Below are positions 20,885 to 30,556 of a stretch of 64,000 nucleotides of DNA, piece by piece; the first letter of the stretch is position 1, and every line of letters begins with the position of its first letter. The notes under the pieces were generated by a model. The model worked only from the letters and a program-made list of their open reading frames with translations, searched no databases and was not told where the DNA came from. The translations under genes were made by a program, and so were the position numbers. This DNA comes from Candidatus Brocadiia bacterium (GTDB taxonomy: Bacteria > Planctomycetota > Brocadiia > SM23-32): positions 26,271 through 90,270 of the forward strand of contig JBKHIT010000013.1 in NCBI GenBank assembly GCA_046538485.1. The letters run 5' to 3'.

Positions 20885-22231
20885 ATGACAACTCCAAATA
20901 TCGTCTACGCTCACTGTCACGACGCCGGACGCCACATCCAGCCTTACGGTTATCCTGTTCCAACACCGAACTTGCAGAAACTGGCCGAGGAAGGAGTGGT
21001 TTTCCGCCGAGCATTTTCCATGGGGCCGACATGTTCGCCAAGCCGTGCGGCTTTGCTGACCGGTCAGTCTCCGCATGGATGCGGAATGTTTGGGGTAACA
21101 AATAGAAATCTCGGCGGTTTTGCGCTGAACGATTACCAGCAGCATCTCGTCCATACCCTCCGCCGCGCGGGGTACAAAAGCACGTTGTGCGGATTCCAGC
21201 ATGTTGCCGATAGGGCCGAACAAATCGGATACGACCGAATACTCGATCTGCCCGATGAGGCCCGCGACCGGGCTCGGACCGTGGCGCCGCGAGCGAGCGA
21301 ATTTTTGTCGTCCGGACCCGAAGAACCGTTTTTTCTCTCGGTGGGCACCTCGGAACCGCACCGGATTATGGGCGGGAACGACCCCGCATGGTTTTCGCCG
21401 GATCCGGAGAACACCGATGGCCGCTACGCGCGCCCTCCCGCCATACTTCCGGATACCCCGGAAACACGACGGGATATGGCGGATTATATCCGCGCTGCGG
21501 GGGAATACGACTACAGTGTCGGCACCGTTATGCGGGCACTGGAAGAGAATGACCTTGCAGATAGAACTCTCCTGATTGCGACGACCGATCATGGGATTGA
21601 TTTCCCCGGCATGAAATGCAACCTCACCGATCACGGGCTCGGTGTGCTGCTTATCTGCCGGGGGCCGGGGGAATTCACCGGAGGCCAGGTTCTCGATGGC
21701 CTGGTCAGTCACGTCGATGTCTTTCCCACGCTCTGTGAGATGAGCGGAATTGAGCGACCGGATTGGGTCGAAGGTGTGTCTTTGCTGCCGATGGTGCGCG
21801 GTGAAACGCAGTTCGTGCGCGAGGAGATCCACGGTGAAATAAACTACCATGGCGTCTACGAACCCCAGCGATGTGTCCGCACCGAGAGATGGAAGTACAT
21901 TCGTCGCTTCGACGAGATCCTCCCTCCACATAGCGCCGAAGGCGGGGCATGGCCACGCACCAGCGCACTGGAGCGCCCGCTTCCGAACACCGGACCGGCT
22001 GTGAGTCGAGATGTTATGACGGAGTACGGAATGGCTGGCCATTTCCCTGCTCGGGAACAGCTTTATGACCTGGTGATGGATCCGATGGAACGGGTGAATC
22101 GGGCCGATGACTCCGACTGCGAACGCCCTCTGGCGGCCATGCAGGCGCGTTTGGAACGGTGGATGCGTCAGACCAATGATCCGCTGCTGGAGGGCAATGG
22201 ACCCGATACCGGACCGAATGTGGTGCCGTAA
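20885..22231 (+). CDS. Cys-type sulfatase (N-sulfatase-like N-terminus)
   Basis: PNIVYAHCHDAG, CSPSRAALLTG, EPHR, TTDHG. Confidence 0.92.
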   Translation: MTTPNIVYAHCHDAGRHIQPYGYPVPTPNLQKLAEEGVVFRRAFSMGPTCSPSRAALLTGQSPHGCGMFGVTNRNLGGFALNDYQQHLVHTLRRAGYKSTLCGFQHVADRAEQIGYDRILDLPDEARDRARTVAPRASEFLSSGPEEPFFLSVGTSEPHRIMGGNDPAWFSPDPENTDGRYARPPAILPDTPETRRDMADYIRAAGEYDYSVGTVMRALEENDLADRTLLIATTDHGIDFPGMKCNLTDHGLGVLLICRGPGEFTGGQVLDGLVSHVDVFPTLCEMSGIERPDWVEGVSLLPMVRGETQFVREEIHGEINYHGVYEPQRCVRTERWKYIRRFDEILPPHSAEGGAWPRTSALERPLPNTGPAVSRDVMTEYGMAGHFPAREQLYDLVMDPMERVNRADDSDCERPLAAMQARLERWMRQTNDPLLEGNGPDTGPNVVP

Positions 22232-22277
22232 GGTATTTTGGTTTTCGTATTAATTCGTTAATGGAAGCAAGCCAAAC

Positions 22278-23774
22278 ATGAAATACTCTCCGTTGCACGA
22301 AAAAATCCTCAAACAGGAAGCGCCCGGCGGGAGCCCGGCTTTGCTCAGCCTGGTTGTGCCGAGTATCACCCGACCCGGCCAACCCTTCGAACTCAAGCTT
22401 GCGATTCTTGACTCGATGGGATATCCCTCACTGGAGTACGAAGGTTCGGTGGAAGTTACACCGCCGGGAGGTGGTGGGAGCCAATCGCTTCTCCGGTTCG
22501 AAACGGGCGAACCTGCGATCGGGCAGGTGTCCGGGATACGTTTGAGAGAAGAAGGAGTTTTCCGCTTCGAGGGCAAGGCAGGAGATATTGAGGCATATTC
22601 CAATCCGACGCTCTGCAGTGAAGAAAAATTGCCCGGAATTTACTGGGGCGACCCGCATGTGCATACGGTGCTTTCCAATTGCCATCCTGACAAATGTCGA
22701 TCGCTTAATTTTTGTTATACGAGCGCGAGGTTCTTGACCGGACTCGACTGGGTCGCGGCGGCCGATCACGTCTCGAATGGACGGTGTGATTGGTCGAAGT
22801 GGAAAGAACAACGCACTGTATCAGAGCTCCATCACGACGAACCCGACTTCATCACGCTTCCGGGCTACGAAGCGTCACTCAAGGGGGGCGCCGGAGGCGA
22901 CAACAACGTGTATATGGTTCGTTTCCCGGAGAACTTCGTGGATGAATACGAAGAAGGTACAGTAAAAACACTTTGCGAAGAACTCAAACAACTGCTCAAT
23001 CCGGAAGAATTCTTCGTCGTTCCCCACCACACCACCCGTACCGGCAAACATGGCGAAATCACCGACGATATCTATCCGGGGCCTGATGCCATGCCACTGA
23101 TTGAGATTTATTCGAAATGGGGCACTTCCGAATACCGGGGCAATTCAAATCCTTTACAGAAAATTCATCCGGGACCAAGCTACGCGGTGGATTTTCTCAA
23201 CCGGGGCATGATTCTGGGGTTTGTTGCGGGGACCGACACCCATGCAACAATGCCCTCGGGTGCTGGCGAGGAGCCCGGCCACATCGACCGTCCGCCGGGC
23301 ATTACTGCCGTCCGGGCTGATAAACTCACGCGACGAAACATTTTTGAGAATCTGCAGGCCAGAAATTGCTACGCAACGAGCCTGGAACGTATTCTGCTCC
23401 ACGGAATGATAGACGGAGTTCAGTTCGGAGAGCAAATCTCGGCGGGAGACCTTTCGCCGGAACCCGAAATAGACGTCCTCGTCGCGGCCAAGTCTTCCAT
23501 TCGTAGCGTCGAACTGGTGCGTAACGGCGAGACGATTGAAACTCTCAATCCGGATACATGGAACGCACACTTTGCCTGCACTGACACCGATAAGCAGAAC
23601 CGATTTATGGAACTGCCCGGCGGTTCGCGAAAACAAGCATACTACTACCTCCGCGTGACCTGCGAATCCGGCGCTCAGGCCTGGTCAAGCCCGGTCTGGG
23701 TCACAGAAGAAGAATCAAAGTTGAGGGAAGATAATGGCGAAAAATCCCAATATCGTTTTCATTCTCGCGGATGA
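22278..23774 (+). CDS. DUF3604 / PHP-like metallohydrolase
   Basis: WGDPHVHT, AADH, PGYE, VPHHT, EIYSKWG, GTDTH, terminal AWSSPVW. Overlaps the next gene by 41 nt. Confidence 0.8.
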   Translation: MKYSPLHEKILKQEAPGGSPALLSLVVPSITRPGQPFELKLAILDSMGYPSLEYEGSVEVTPPGGGGSQSLLRFETGEPAIGQVSGIRLREEGVFRFEGKAGDIEAYSNPTLCSEEKLPGIYWGDPHVHTVLSNCHPDKCRSLNFCYTSARFLTGLDWVAAADHVSNGRCDWSKWKEQRTVSELHHDEPDFITLPGYEASLKGGAGGDNNVYMVRFPENFVDEYEEGTVKTLCEELKQLLNPEEFFVVPHHTTRTGKHGEITDDIYPGPDAMPLIEIYSKWGTSEYRGNSNPLQKIHPGPSYAVDFLNRGMILGFVAGTDTHATMPSGAGEEPGHIDRPPGITAVRADKLTRRNIFENLQARNCYATSLERILLHGMIDGVQFGEQISAGDLSPEPEIDVLVAAKSSIRSVELVRNGETIETLNPDTWNAHFACTDTDKQNRFMELPGGSRKQAYYYLRVTCESGAQAWSSPVWVTEEESKLREDNGEKSQYRFHSRG

Positions 23775-25230
23775 TCTTGGTTACGGCGATGTCGCGTGTC
23801 TGAATCCCCGCTGCAGAATCCCCACCCCCAACCTGGACCGACTGGCTTCGGGGGGGATGACGTTCACCGATGCCCACGCAAGTTCCTCGGTCTGCTCCCC
23901 GTCACGCTACGGGGTTCTGACCGGACGTTATAACTGGCGGAGCTGTTTGCAAAAGGGGATTGTTGGCACTTACGGCCCCGCACTGATAGGACGCGAACAA
24001 CTGACCGTGCCGCGTTTGCTCGGACAGGCCGACTACAACTCCGCCTGCGTTGGAAAATGGCATCTTGGGTGGGATTGGCCGCTGGAGATGTCGGAATATT
24101 TCCGTCCCGATCGGGATAATCCAACCCCGCAGGTAACACAAGATACGCTCGATGCCTGGGAGGAGGCCTTTTCGCAGCCGATCGATGAAGGACCCACCAC
24201 TCGCGGATTCGACACGTATTTCGGGGTCGATGTGCCGAACTGGCCGCCGTATGCTTTCATCGAGGACGACCGTTTGCAGGGTGTGCCGACCGAATATCTC
24301 CCGGCGGATTTGATCGGTAATAATCAGGCCAGTGTCCCGGGACCGGCGCTTGAGGGCTGGAAACTCGAAGCTATTTTGCCGGCGCTGAGGGATAGAGCCT
24401 GCGATTATATTGCAGAAAGCGCCCGCAAAGAGGCGCCGTTCTTCCTCTACATGCCGCTGACGTCTCCCCACACACCTCTCGCTGTGAATGATGAATGGAA
24501 AGGTGAAAGCGGACTGAATCTATACGCCGATTTTGTGATGGAGACCGATGATGTGATCGGGGATGTCCTCGACGCGGTCGACGAAAGCGGCGCGTCTGAC
24601 AATACACTTGTAATGTTCGCGAGCGATAACGGCTGCGCCCCCTACATCGGGGTCCCGGAACTTGAAGATATGGGGCATTACCCGAGCGCGCACTACCGGG
24701 GTTACAAAGCCGATGCCTGGGACGGCGGACACCGCATTCCTCTCTTCGCGCGATGGCCCAAAGAGATCCAGGCCGATAGCAAATGCGCTCAGGCCGTCTG
24801 TCTCACCGATCTGCTGGCAACCTGCGGCGATATCACTGGCAAAGAGATCCCGGAAGAGTCGGGAGAGGATAGTTTCAGCATCCTGCGGCTTCTGAATGGT
24901 CGGGATGAGATGACCCGTGAAGAAGTGATTCATCATTCCATCTCCGGCAAATTTGCCATCCGTACTGGCAAGTGGAAACTGGTTTTATGCCCCGGTTCCG
25001 GCGGCTGGGCGAGCCCTACAGACGAAGAGGCAATCGAACAGGGCCTGCCGCCAATACAACTCTACGATATGGAACAAGATCCCGGGGAACAGAATAATCT
25101 GGAATCAGAACGCGAAGACGTCGTGGAGAAGTTGAGCAATCATCTTGCGGATCTCGTGAACAAAGGCCGCAGCACGCCCGGCAAACCGTTGGAAAACGAT
25201 GTCGAGGTGGATATTTGGAAACGGGGTTGA
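23734..25230 (+). CDS. Arylsulfatase-type Cys sulfatase
   Basis: PNIVFILADDLGYGD, CSPSRYGVLTG, GKWHLG, SDNG, DGGHRIP. Confidence 0.95.
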   Translation: MAKNPNIVFILADDLGYGDVACLNPRCRIPTPNLDRLASGGMTFTDAHASSSVCSPSRYGVLTGRYNWRSCLQKGIVGTYGPALIGREQLTVPRLLGQADYNSACVGKWHLGWDWPLEMSEYFRPDRDNPTPQVTQDTLDAWEEAFSQPIDEGPTTRGFDTYFGVDVPNWPPYAFIEDDRLQGVPTEYLPADLIGNNQASVPGPALEGWKLEAILPALRDRACDYIAESARKEAPFFLYMPLTSPHTPLAVNDEWKGESGLNLYADFVMETDDVIGDVLDAVDESGASDNTLVMFASDNGCAPYIGVPELEDMGHYPSAHYRGYKADAWDGGHRIPLFARWPKEIQADSKCAQAVCLTDLLATCGDITGKEIPEESGEDSFSILRLLNGRDEMTREEVIHHSISGKFAIRTGKWKLVLCPGSGGWASPTDEEAIEQGLPPIQLYDMEQDPGEQNNLESEREDVVEKLSNHLADLVNKGRSTPGKPLENDVEVDIWKRG

Positions 25231-25274
25231 GTCCGGGGACAGCCTAACCTGCATCTTACGGATGCAGGCTATAT

Positions 25275-25468
25275 AAAACGGCGCATGCCGTTTAGGAGTA
25301 AGAGTTTACAACAACAAGAAGTGTCCGCAATTTCCGGCCAGTGCTACTGTGCCGGAAGATGTCTGTATCTTCTTTGTGAAAGAGCAGTTAAAGCCAATCG
25401 TTTCTCAATGTAGCGTTCGCCTCGTTGCTGATCACTAATTTTAAGTTGTCAGATTTATGCGCCGTTTT
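25275..25468. mobile_element. AT-rich MITE-like element with 12-bp inverted ends
   Basis: AAAACGGCGCAT (25275-86) ... ATGCGCCGTTTT (25457-68). Confidence 0.45.
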
Positions 25469-25472
25469 TTTA

Positions 25473-25570
25473 GCCCGGATTTTTGGCTGAGAAGGGTTAT
25501 GAACGGTCTTCAATAAAGATTCTATCCTGATTTGGCAAGAATGGCTTCCAATTATCCGTAAAATCCGGGC
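25473..25570. mobile_element. 98-bp MITE with GCCCGGAT-type TIRs, TA-flanked
   Basis: TA|GCCCGGATTTT ... AAAATCCGGGC|TA. Confidence 0.7.
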
Positions 25571-25654
25571 TAGCCAAGCGAAACCTTCTCCGGCCCCCGG
25601 GGGGGCGCCGGGTGAAGAAGCTTTCGCCAGGATACCAACGTCGCCGGCCGGAAA

Positions 25655-25683
25655 TTTACGACAGAAGAAGGGCTTGTTATAAT
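25655..25683 (+). promoter_or_regulatory. Extended -10 promoter
   Basis: TTTACG-N17-TATAAT with TGn extension. Confidence 0.6.
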
Positions 25684-25759
25684 GGAATCAGACGTAATGC
25701 CGGAATTTTTCGCCCGGTAGGAAAGTTGTTCGTTGTTTTCACGGAGGTTGATAACGAAA

Positions 25760-28700
25760 ATGCGGGGATTCCGAACGTTTACCGTACTGCTTGCCGGGTT
25801 TCTCTCTCTGCTGGCAGTTTTCCCTGCAATGGCGAAGAAAAATTACGGTTACGGGGAATGCTGGTGGCGAGAATACCGATACCACGATAATACCCAATTG
25901 CTGCTCCATTTCGGCGCGCCGCAGGTCAGCGGACGTGATAAACTCGCAAAAAAGGTCAAAAAAACGCGCAAAGAAGAAGCGGTGTTCGATGATCTGGATC
26001 CCGGCAGTGACGAGGGACTCGGTGTGGATGAGATCGAGCCGGATCCGATGGCGTTCCAGAAAGGACCCCAGATCGATCCTGAGAAAGTTCCCGCGGATCA
26101 GGTGCAAGATTACGCTCATGCCAAACATCGAATCCGGCTGCCGGAGGGGATGCGGAAAATCGATGAGGGACGGTTCGGCGGGGGGCTGCTCTGCACGGGC
26201 GGCCAGGGAATGATGATCAAAACAGGTGCCCCCAATTCCATCGAACTGAATTTCAACATTTCCGAATTTCCCGATGAGACCCAGTGTCTGTGGTCCACGC
26301 AAAATGATGAAGCGCGGCTCCTGCTCCATCCGGACGGTCGACTCGAGTTCAAACTGAAAGAACCCCACGGCCATCCCGCCAAAAACCCGAACCGCAAGAC
26401 AGCCCTGACCGAGGCCGAACTCAAGGCTATAATGGCCCGCGACGCCCAAATCATCTCCAAAAAACCGGTTTCCCTGAACCGCTGGGTCCACGCAAGAGTC
26501 TACCGTCATCCGCATCCGACTCCGGGTGGCGGATCACCGTGGGACGCGCGCCTGGTCATCGACGGGAAAACGGTCGATCGATACCTCAGCGAACGCTATA
26601 ACATGTATCGGTTTTTCGGACGCCGCGAGGTGCGGATGGTGCTTGCTAACAGCGCGGCCGGCGACCAGGGGTTTGTGGGGAAAATCGATGAATGCCGTCT
26701 GATCGGCCGGCATAAGACGTTCTACGAGCGCCCACCGATGCCGTGGCGCGATTCCGAACATGAACTCCAGTTCGGACGACCCTGGTTCCGAAACGATAGT
26801 CTCCTGTTCCGGGCGACCCTCGGGAAAAGAAGCGATTATGTCGTGAATGAGGGGAATGCGGGGCCGATTCAGCTCGATCTGAAAGGCGGGAAACTGGAAG
26901 GTCTCATCGTCGGCGGAATCCGCGGGAAAGGCTGGGTGATGGATCCGGTGATCGGGTTTCCGCGATTTCCCCTGGATGGGATGAGTGCCGAAGAAGGCGC
27001 ACTCGAGTTCTGGATGCGTCCCGTCAACTGGGACGATTGCACCGGCTACTGGCACCATTCCCCGCCGTCCCACAGGCACCTGACCGTCGCGCGTTTTTTT
27101 GGGCGAGATCGACGCGACGGAAAAGTCAAACGTTTCATGAGTGTGCGTCTCCAGCGTGCCCACAACCTCGAACGCGGTCGCCGACCCCTTGATCCGGGAC
27201 ACTGGATGCACATTGTTGTCAGCTGGCACAAAGGGAACCGAAAATGGGCGGGCCTGCGGGTGCAACCGGTCGGGGAACGCGCGAAAAGCCACGGTATCCG
27301 ACGCGATCCCGAACTAATCGCCAATGTCGATCCCCTCTACGTCCAGTTTGGCGTCCCCGATAACGTCACGGTGAAATGGCATCAGAAACCGCGTATCGAA
27401 ATCGATGAAGTCGTGGGATATAAACTGCCGCTGGCTAAGGACGAACGACAGCAGGCTTTCCGACGCTGGACCGGGAAGATCGATCCGATCCGGCTCTACG
27501 AAGATAGACTCCACTTCAAATGGTCTCTGCAGAAGCTCGAATACACCTGGAAACCGAGGCTGCCAAGGGAAAGGACGGCGAAGGAAGTGGAGCTTACTTT
27601 AAAACGTCGGTCTGGAGAGAACTGGAAGAGAATGGGCGAGACTCGAAATGTCCCGATTCGGAAAGGCAGAGCTTTCGCTGTCTTACACCGCGAAACAAAA
27701 CTCCCCGAAGGGCGCTATCGGGTGGAGTTCACTGCGCGAAACGATGCGGGCGAGACGGTGCTGAAGGGAAGCCGCCACTGGGATTATGAGGAAAAACCCT
27801 GGCGACATTACAGCGGCGGGATACTGAACACGCCTCCGCATCCGTGGATCCCTATCGAGAGAGATGGTGGCGAGTTCCGGACCCGAATGACTACATACAG
27901 GCTGGCGGAGAACGGTCTGCCGCAAAGAATCGAGGCGAAAGGGGAAAATCTGCTGGCCTCTCCGATCCGTCTGCTCGAAGACGGCGTCCCGATGGATTCC
28001 GGGAACTATACAGTGGGCGAGGAAAACCCGACAGAAGTGCGCTGGCGCTCGCAATTCCGCGGCAAGACCGCGGACGTGCGCATGCAGTGCCGGCTGGAAT
28101 TCGACGGGATGGTCCGTTACGAGCTGCGGATCGAACCGAAAGGCAAAGTCCAACCGCTGAGTTTCGAGATTCCTATCAAATCCAAACGTGCCCGTCGTTA
28201 CCTGTACTATCCGATGGGCTCGCGCGGGGTGAAGACCGGGGTGATAAGGCCGCAATCCAAAACCATTCTTCAGTCCCGGGTCGATCCAATATCCTGGCGG
28301 CAGTACAAAAGAGCACGACGCAAGAATCGGAAATTGAGCTGGGGCGAATATCGCAGGCAGCAACGCCAGAACCGAAAAGCTTACGGGTTTTACGGGCACG
28401 TGGATGTCCACGATATGAACCGGGGACTTTTCTGGTTCTGCGACAATGCGGCGGGCTGGCATCAGTCAAAGACGAAAAGCGCCATCGAGATTGTGCGCCG
28501 CGATGATGGTGTGGTTGCGATGCGGTTCAATCTTGTGGCCGAGCCGGTGGATTACGAATATGAGCGTCCCATCGTGTTCGCGATTATCCCGCATCCGGCC
28601 CGGCCTATGCCCGATAAATATCGGCTCTATGACCGGGTTTCGTCCGAGAAAGATCCCAAAGCCTGCAGCGTGTTCGATGCTTTCCGCCCGTGGCCGATGG

Positions 28701-30064
28701 ATCCGAAGTACGGAAACATGAAAATTTTTCCCGCCGCCGACCCGAAAAAACCCGAAGAAGGCCCGAGCTGGGAGTATGCCGAACGATGCGTGCCAATCAT
28801 GAAAAGCGCCAAACCCGTCGGCTACCGGACCATGTATCTATCGCTGAAATGGATGAGCTGCCGGGCCGGAGCCTACGACGGCTGGGAGTGGCGGAGCGGT
28901 AACAGCGGAGCGGCGTCGCTGACTCACAGTTTTGTGAATTACCTCTGCTGGGAGATGAACGAATGGATCGGCCGGAATATTTTTGACGCGGTCTATCTCG
29001 ATGAATGTTACGAGGAACAGCTGCGCAATCTCGAGGCCGGGATGTCGGTGCGGTTGCCCGACGGCGGACATCAGCCTGGGGTCGATAATTTTCACTTCCG
29101 GGAGCTGATGAAACGGTGGTACGGCTTATTCATCAAACACGATCAAACACCCATGCTTCTCGCTCATTGCACGCACAGTTTTCAGTATCCGGGTCTGCTC
29201 TACACGCAGGCCTATCTCGACGGGGAAAATTCGCCGATTGTGAGCCTGAAAAGCCGCGATTGGATCGACAGCACGAGCAAACAGAGATTCGAAACCGTCC
29301 AGAACGGCTACCTCTGGGGAACCACGCCCTTCTACATGCCGTATATCAGCGAGGGCGGTTTTGCGGAAGAGAAAGATGAATTCAAGGTCTGGCAATGGCG
29401 CATGGCCCGCCAGGCCCAGAGTATGTTCGCCCACTACGAAGTGGGAACCGTCTACGAAGGACAGGGCGCCGGGGTCTATCGGTCCTACTGGAACGATTTG
29501 CTCAAATGGGGCGTGGGTGATCCGGATCAGGTGCCCTTCTATCCCTATTGGAACAACGGGGAATATCTGAACGCTCGGTTCCGCCCCCGGGGAGAGAATG
29601 AAGGCACAAGCCGGGACCAGAGCGGCCCTCCGGCAAATCCAGATTGGGAAGAGGGCCATACGGGCGATCTGCGGGTTTCGTTCTACCGGCGGGGCAAAAA
29701 GATTCTGCTCATCGCCAGCAATAATCGCAAGAAAGATGTTGTGGTCGAAATCCAGTTCGAAGAAAACGGGCTGGCACTTCCGGACAATCCGGAAGCGCGG
29801 AGCGTGGATAGCACGTTCAATCCACCTCCGGGCAGTGATTACCAAAAAACAGATACGAAAAGGGCCACGGCCGATCTTGCCGAAGAAGGCGATTTGCTGG
29901 GCGGCGAAGATGAGACCGGAGTGGCGACAACGCCGGACGAATTGTTCAATGATCCCGTCGAGACCAAAAAGCGCAGTAAGAATTGGTGGAAACCTACAAC
30001 CAATAGTAGAGTACTGACCGTACCGATACGTGCCCGGGACTATCGCGTCATTGCGATTGAATGA
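25760..30064 (+). CDS. Large secreted protein: LamG/concanavalin-like domains plus DUF6067-like putative glycoside hydrolase
   Basis: Signal peptide (..FPAMA). LamG-type motifs (WVH..., FVGKIDECRL, GALEFWMRP, IDEV). LEFDGMVRY, AVYLDE, AYLDGE and FYPYW shared with 30557-34012. Confidence 0.7.
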   Translation: MRGFRTFTVLLAGFLSLLAVFPAMAKKNYGYGECWWREYRYHDNTQLLLHFGAPQVSGRDKLAKKVKKTRKEEAVFDDLDPGSDEGLGVDEIEPDPMAFQKGPQIDPEKVPADQVQDYAHAKHRIRLPEGMRKIDEGRFGGGLLCTGGQGMMIKTGAPNSIELNFNISEFPDETQCLWSTQNDEARLLLHPDGRLEFKLKEPHGHPAKNPNRKTALTEAELKAIMARDAQIISKKPVSLNRWVHARVYRHPHPTPGGGSPWDARLVIDGKTVDRYLSERYNMYRFFGRREVRMVLANSAAGDQGFVGKIDECRLIGRHKTFYERPPMPWRDSEHELQFGRPWFRNDSLLFRATLGKRSDYVVNEGNAGPIQLDLKGGKLEGLIVGGIRGKGWVMDPVIGFPRFPLDGMSAEEGALEFWMRPVNWDDCTGYWHHSPPSHRHLTVARFFGRDRRDGKVKRFMSVRLQRAHNLERGRRPLDPGHWMHIVVSWHKGNRKWAGLRVQPVGERAKSHGIRRDPELIANVDPLYVQFGVPDNVTVKWHQKPRIEIDEVVGYKLPLAKDERQQAFRRWTGKIDPIRLYEDRLHFKWSLQKLEYTWKPRLPRERTAKEVELTLKRRSGENWKRMGETRNVPIRKGRAFAVLHRETKLPEGRYRVEFTARNDAGETVLKGSRHWDYEEKPWRHYSGGILNTPPHPWIPIERDGGEFRTRMTTYRLAENGLPQRIEAKGENLLASPIRLLEDGVPMDSGNYTVGEENPTEVRWRSQFRGKTADVRMQCRLEFDGMVRYELRIEPKGKVQPLSFEIPIKSKRARRYLYYPMGSRGVKTGVIRPQSKTILQSRVDPISWRQYKRARRKNRKLSWGEYRRQQRQNRKAYGFYGHVDVHDMNRGLFWFCDNAAGWHQSKTKSAIEIVRRDDGVVAMRFNLVAEPVDYEYERPIVFAIIPHPARPMPDKYRLYDRVSSEKDPKACSVFDAFRPWPMDPKYGNMKIFPAADPKKPEEGPSWEYAERCVPIMKSAKPVGYRTMYLSLKWMSCRAGAYDGWEWRSGNSGAASLTHSFVNYLCWEMNEWIGRNIFDAVYLDECYEEQLRNLEAGMSVRLPDGGHQPGVDNFHFRELMKRWYGLFIKHDQTPMLLAHCTHSFQYPGLLYTQAYLDGENSPIVSLKSRDWIDSTSKQRFETVQNGYLWGTTPFYMPYISEGGFAEEKDEFKVWQWRMARQAQSMFAHYEVGTVYEGQGAGVYRSYWNDLLKWGVGDPDQVPFYPYWNNGEYLNARFRPRGENEGTSRDQSGPPANPDWEEGHTGDLRVSFYRRGKKILLIASNNRKKDVVVEIQFEENGLALPDNPEARSVDSTFNPPPGSDYQKTDTKRATADLAEEGDLLGGEDETGVATTPDELFNDPVETKKRSKNWWKPTTNSRVLTVPIRARDYRVIAIE

Positions 30065-30222
30065 GGCGAGCTGTTATCCCAACCGGGCAGTTCTCTGTCA
30101 AATCCCCCCTCGGAAGTTCTTGGCCAGCTTCTTTGGTAGGCCTTGACAGAATCGCTTCAGAGGCCATACTAAGGCGCCAAGTTTGCTCGCCACTGATTAA
30201 TCGAGAAAGAATTTGGGAATGA

Positions 30223-30351
30223 GCGACGATCGGGCATAAAGCCATCTGCCGATTCCCGGCCATCAGCGTCCGAAAAGTGCGTATTGAGATCGAGAAGGCA
30301 GATGGACCCATTAGAATGCGCAACGTGGAACTGCATTTCGCCGGAGAATGA
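30223..30351 (+). pseudogene. Orphan 3' remnant resembling the C-terminal F5/8 (CBM32-like) domain of GH29 fucosidases
   Basis: Translates as ATIGHKAICRFPAISVRKVRIEIEKADGPIRMRNVELHFAGE*, preceded by an in-frame TGA and lacking a start. Confidence 0.45.
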
Positions 30352-30410
30352 GCTGTACAGTAATGACTGGAAGGGACTCCTGAGATTGAGAGCCGGCCTG
30401 AGAATTGTAA

Positions 30411-30446
30411 GTCCCCTTCGTCCCTTCAATCCCTTGTGTCCCTCTT
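30411..30446 (+). repeat. 4 x 9-bp GTCCCTTNN tandem array
   Basis: gtccccttc gtcccttca atcccttgt gtccctctt. Confidence 0.7.
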
Positions 30447-30556
30447 TCTTTCGCCCTCAGCTTCACCTTGCCAGCGGATCACAATGACAAAAAGGTCTCC
30501 ACATACTAAAATAGCCCTTTAAATATTTTTCACCCCTTTCCACAGGAGTTTTCGTA

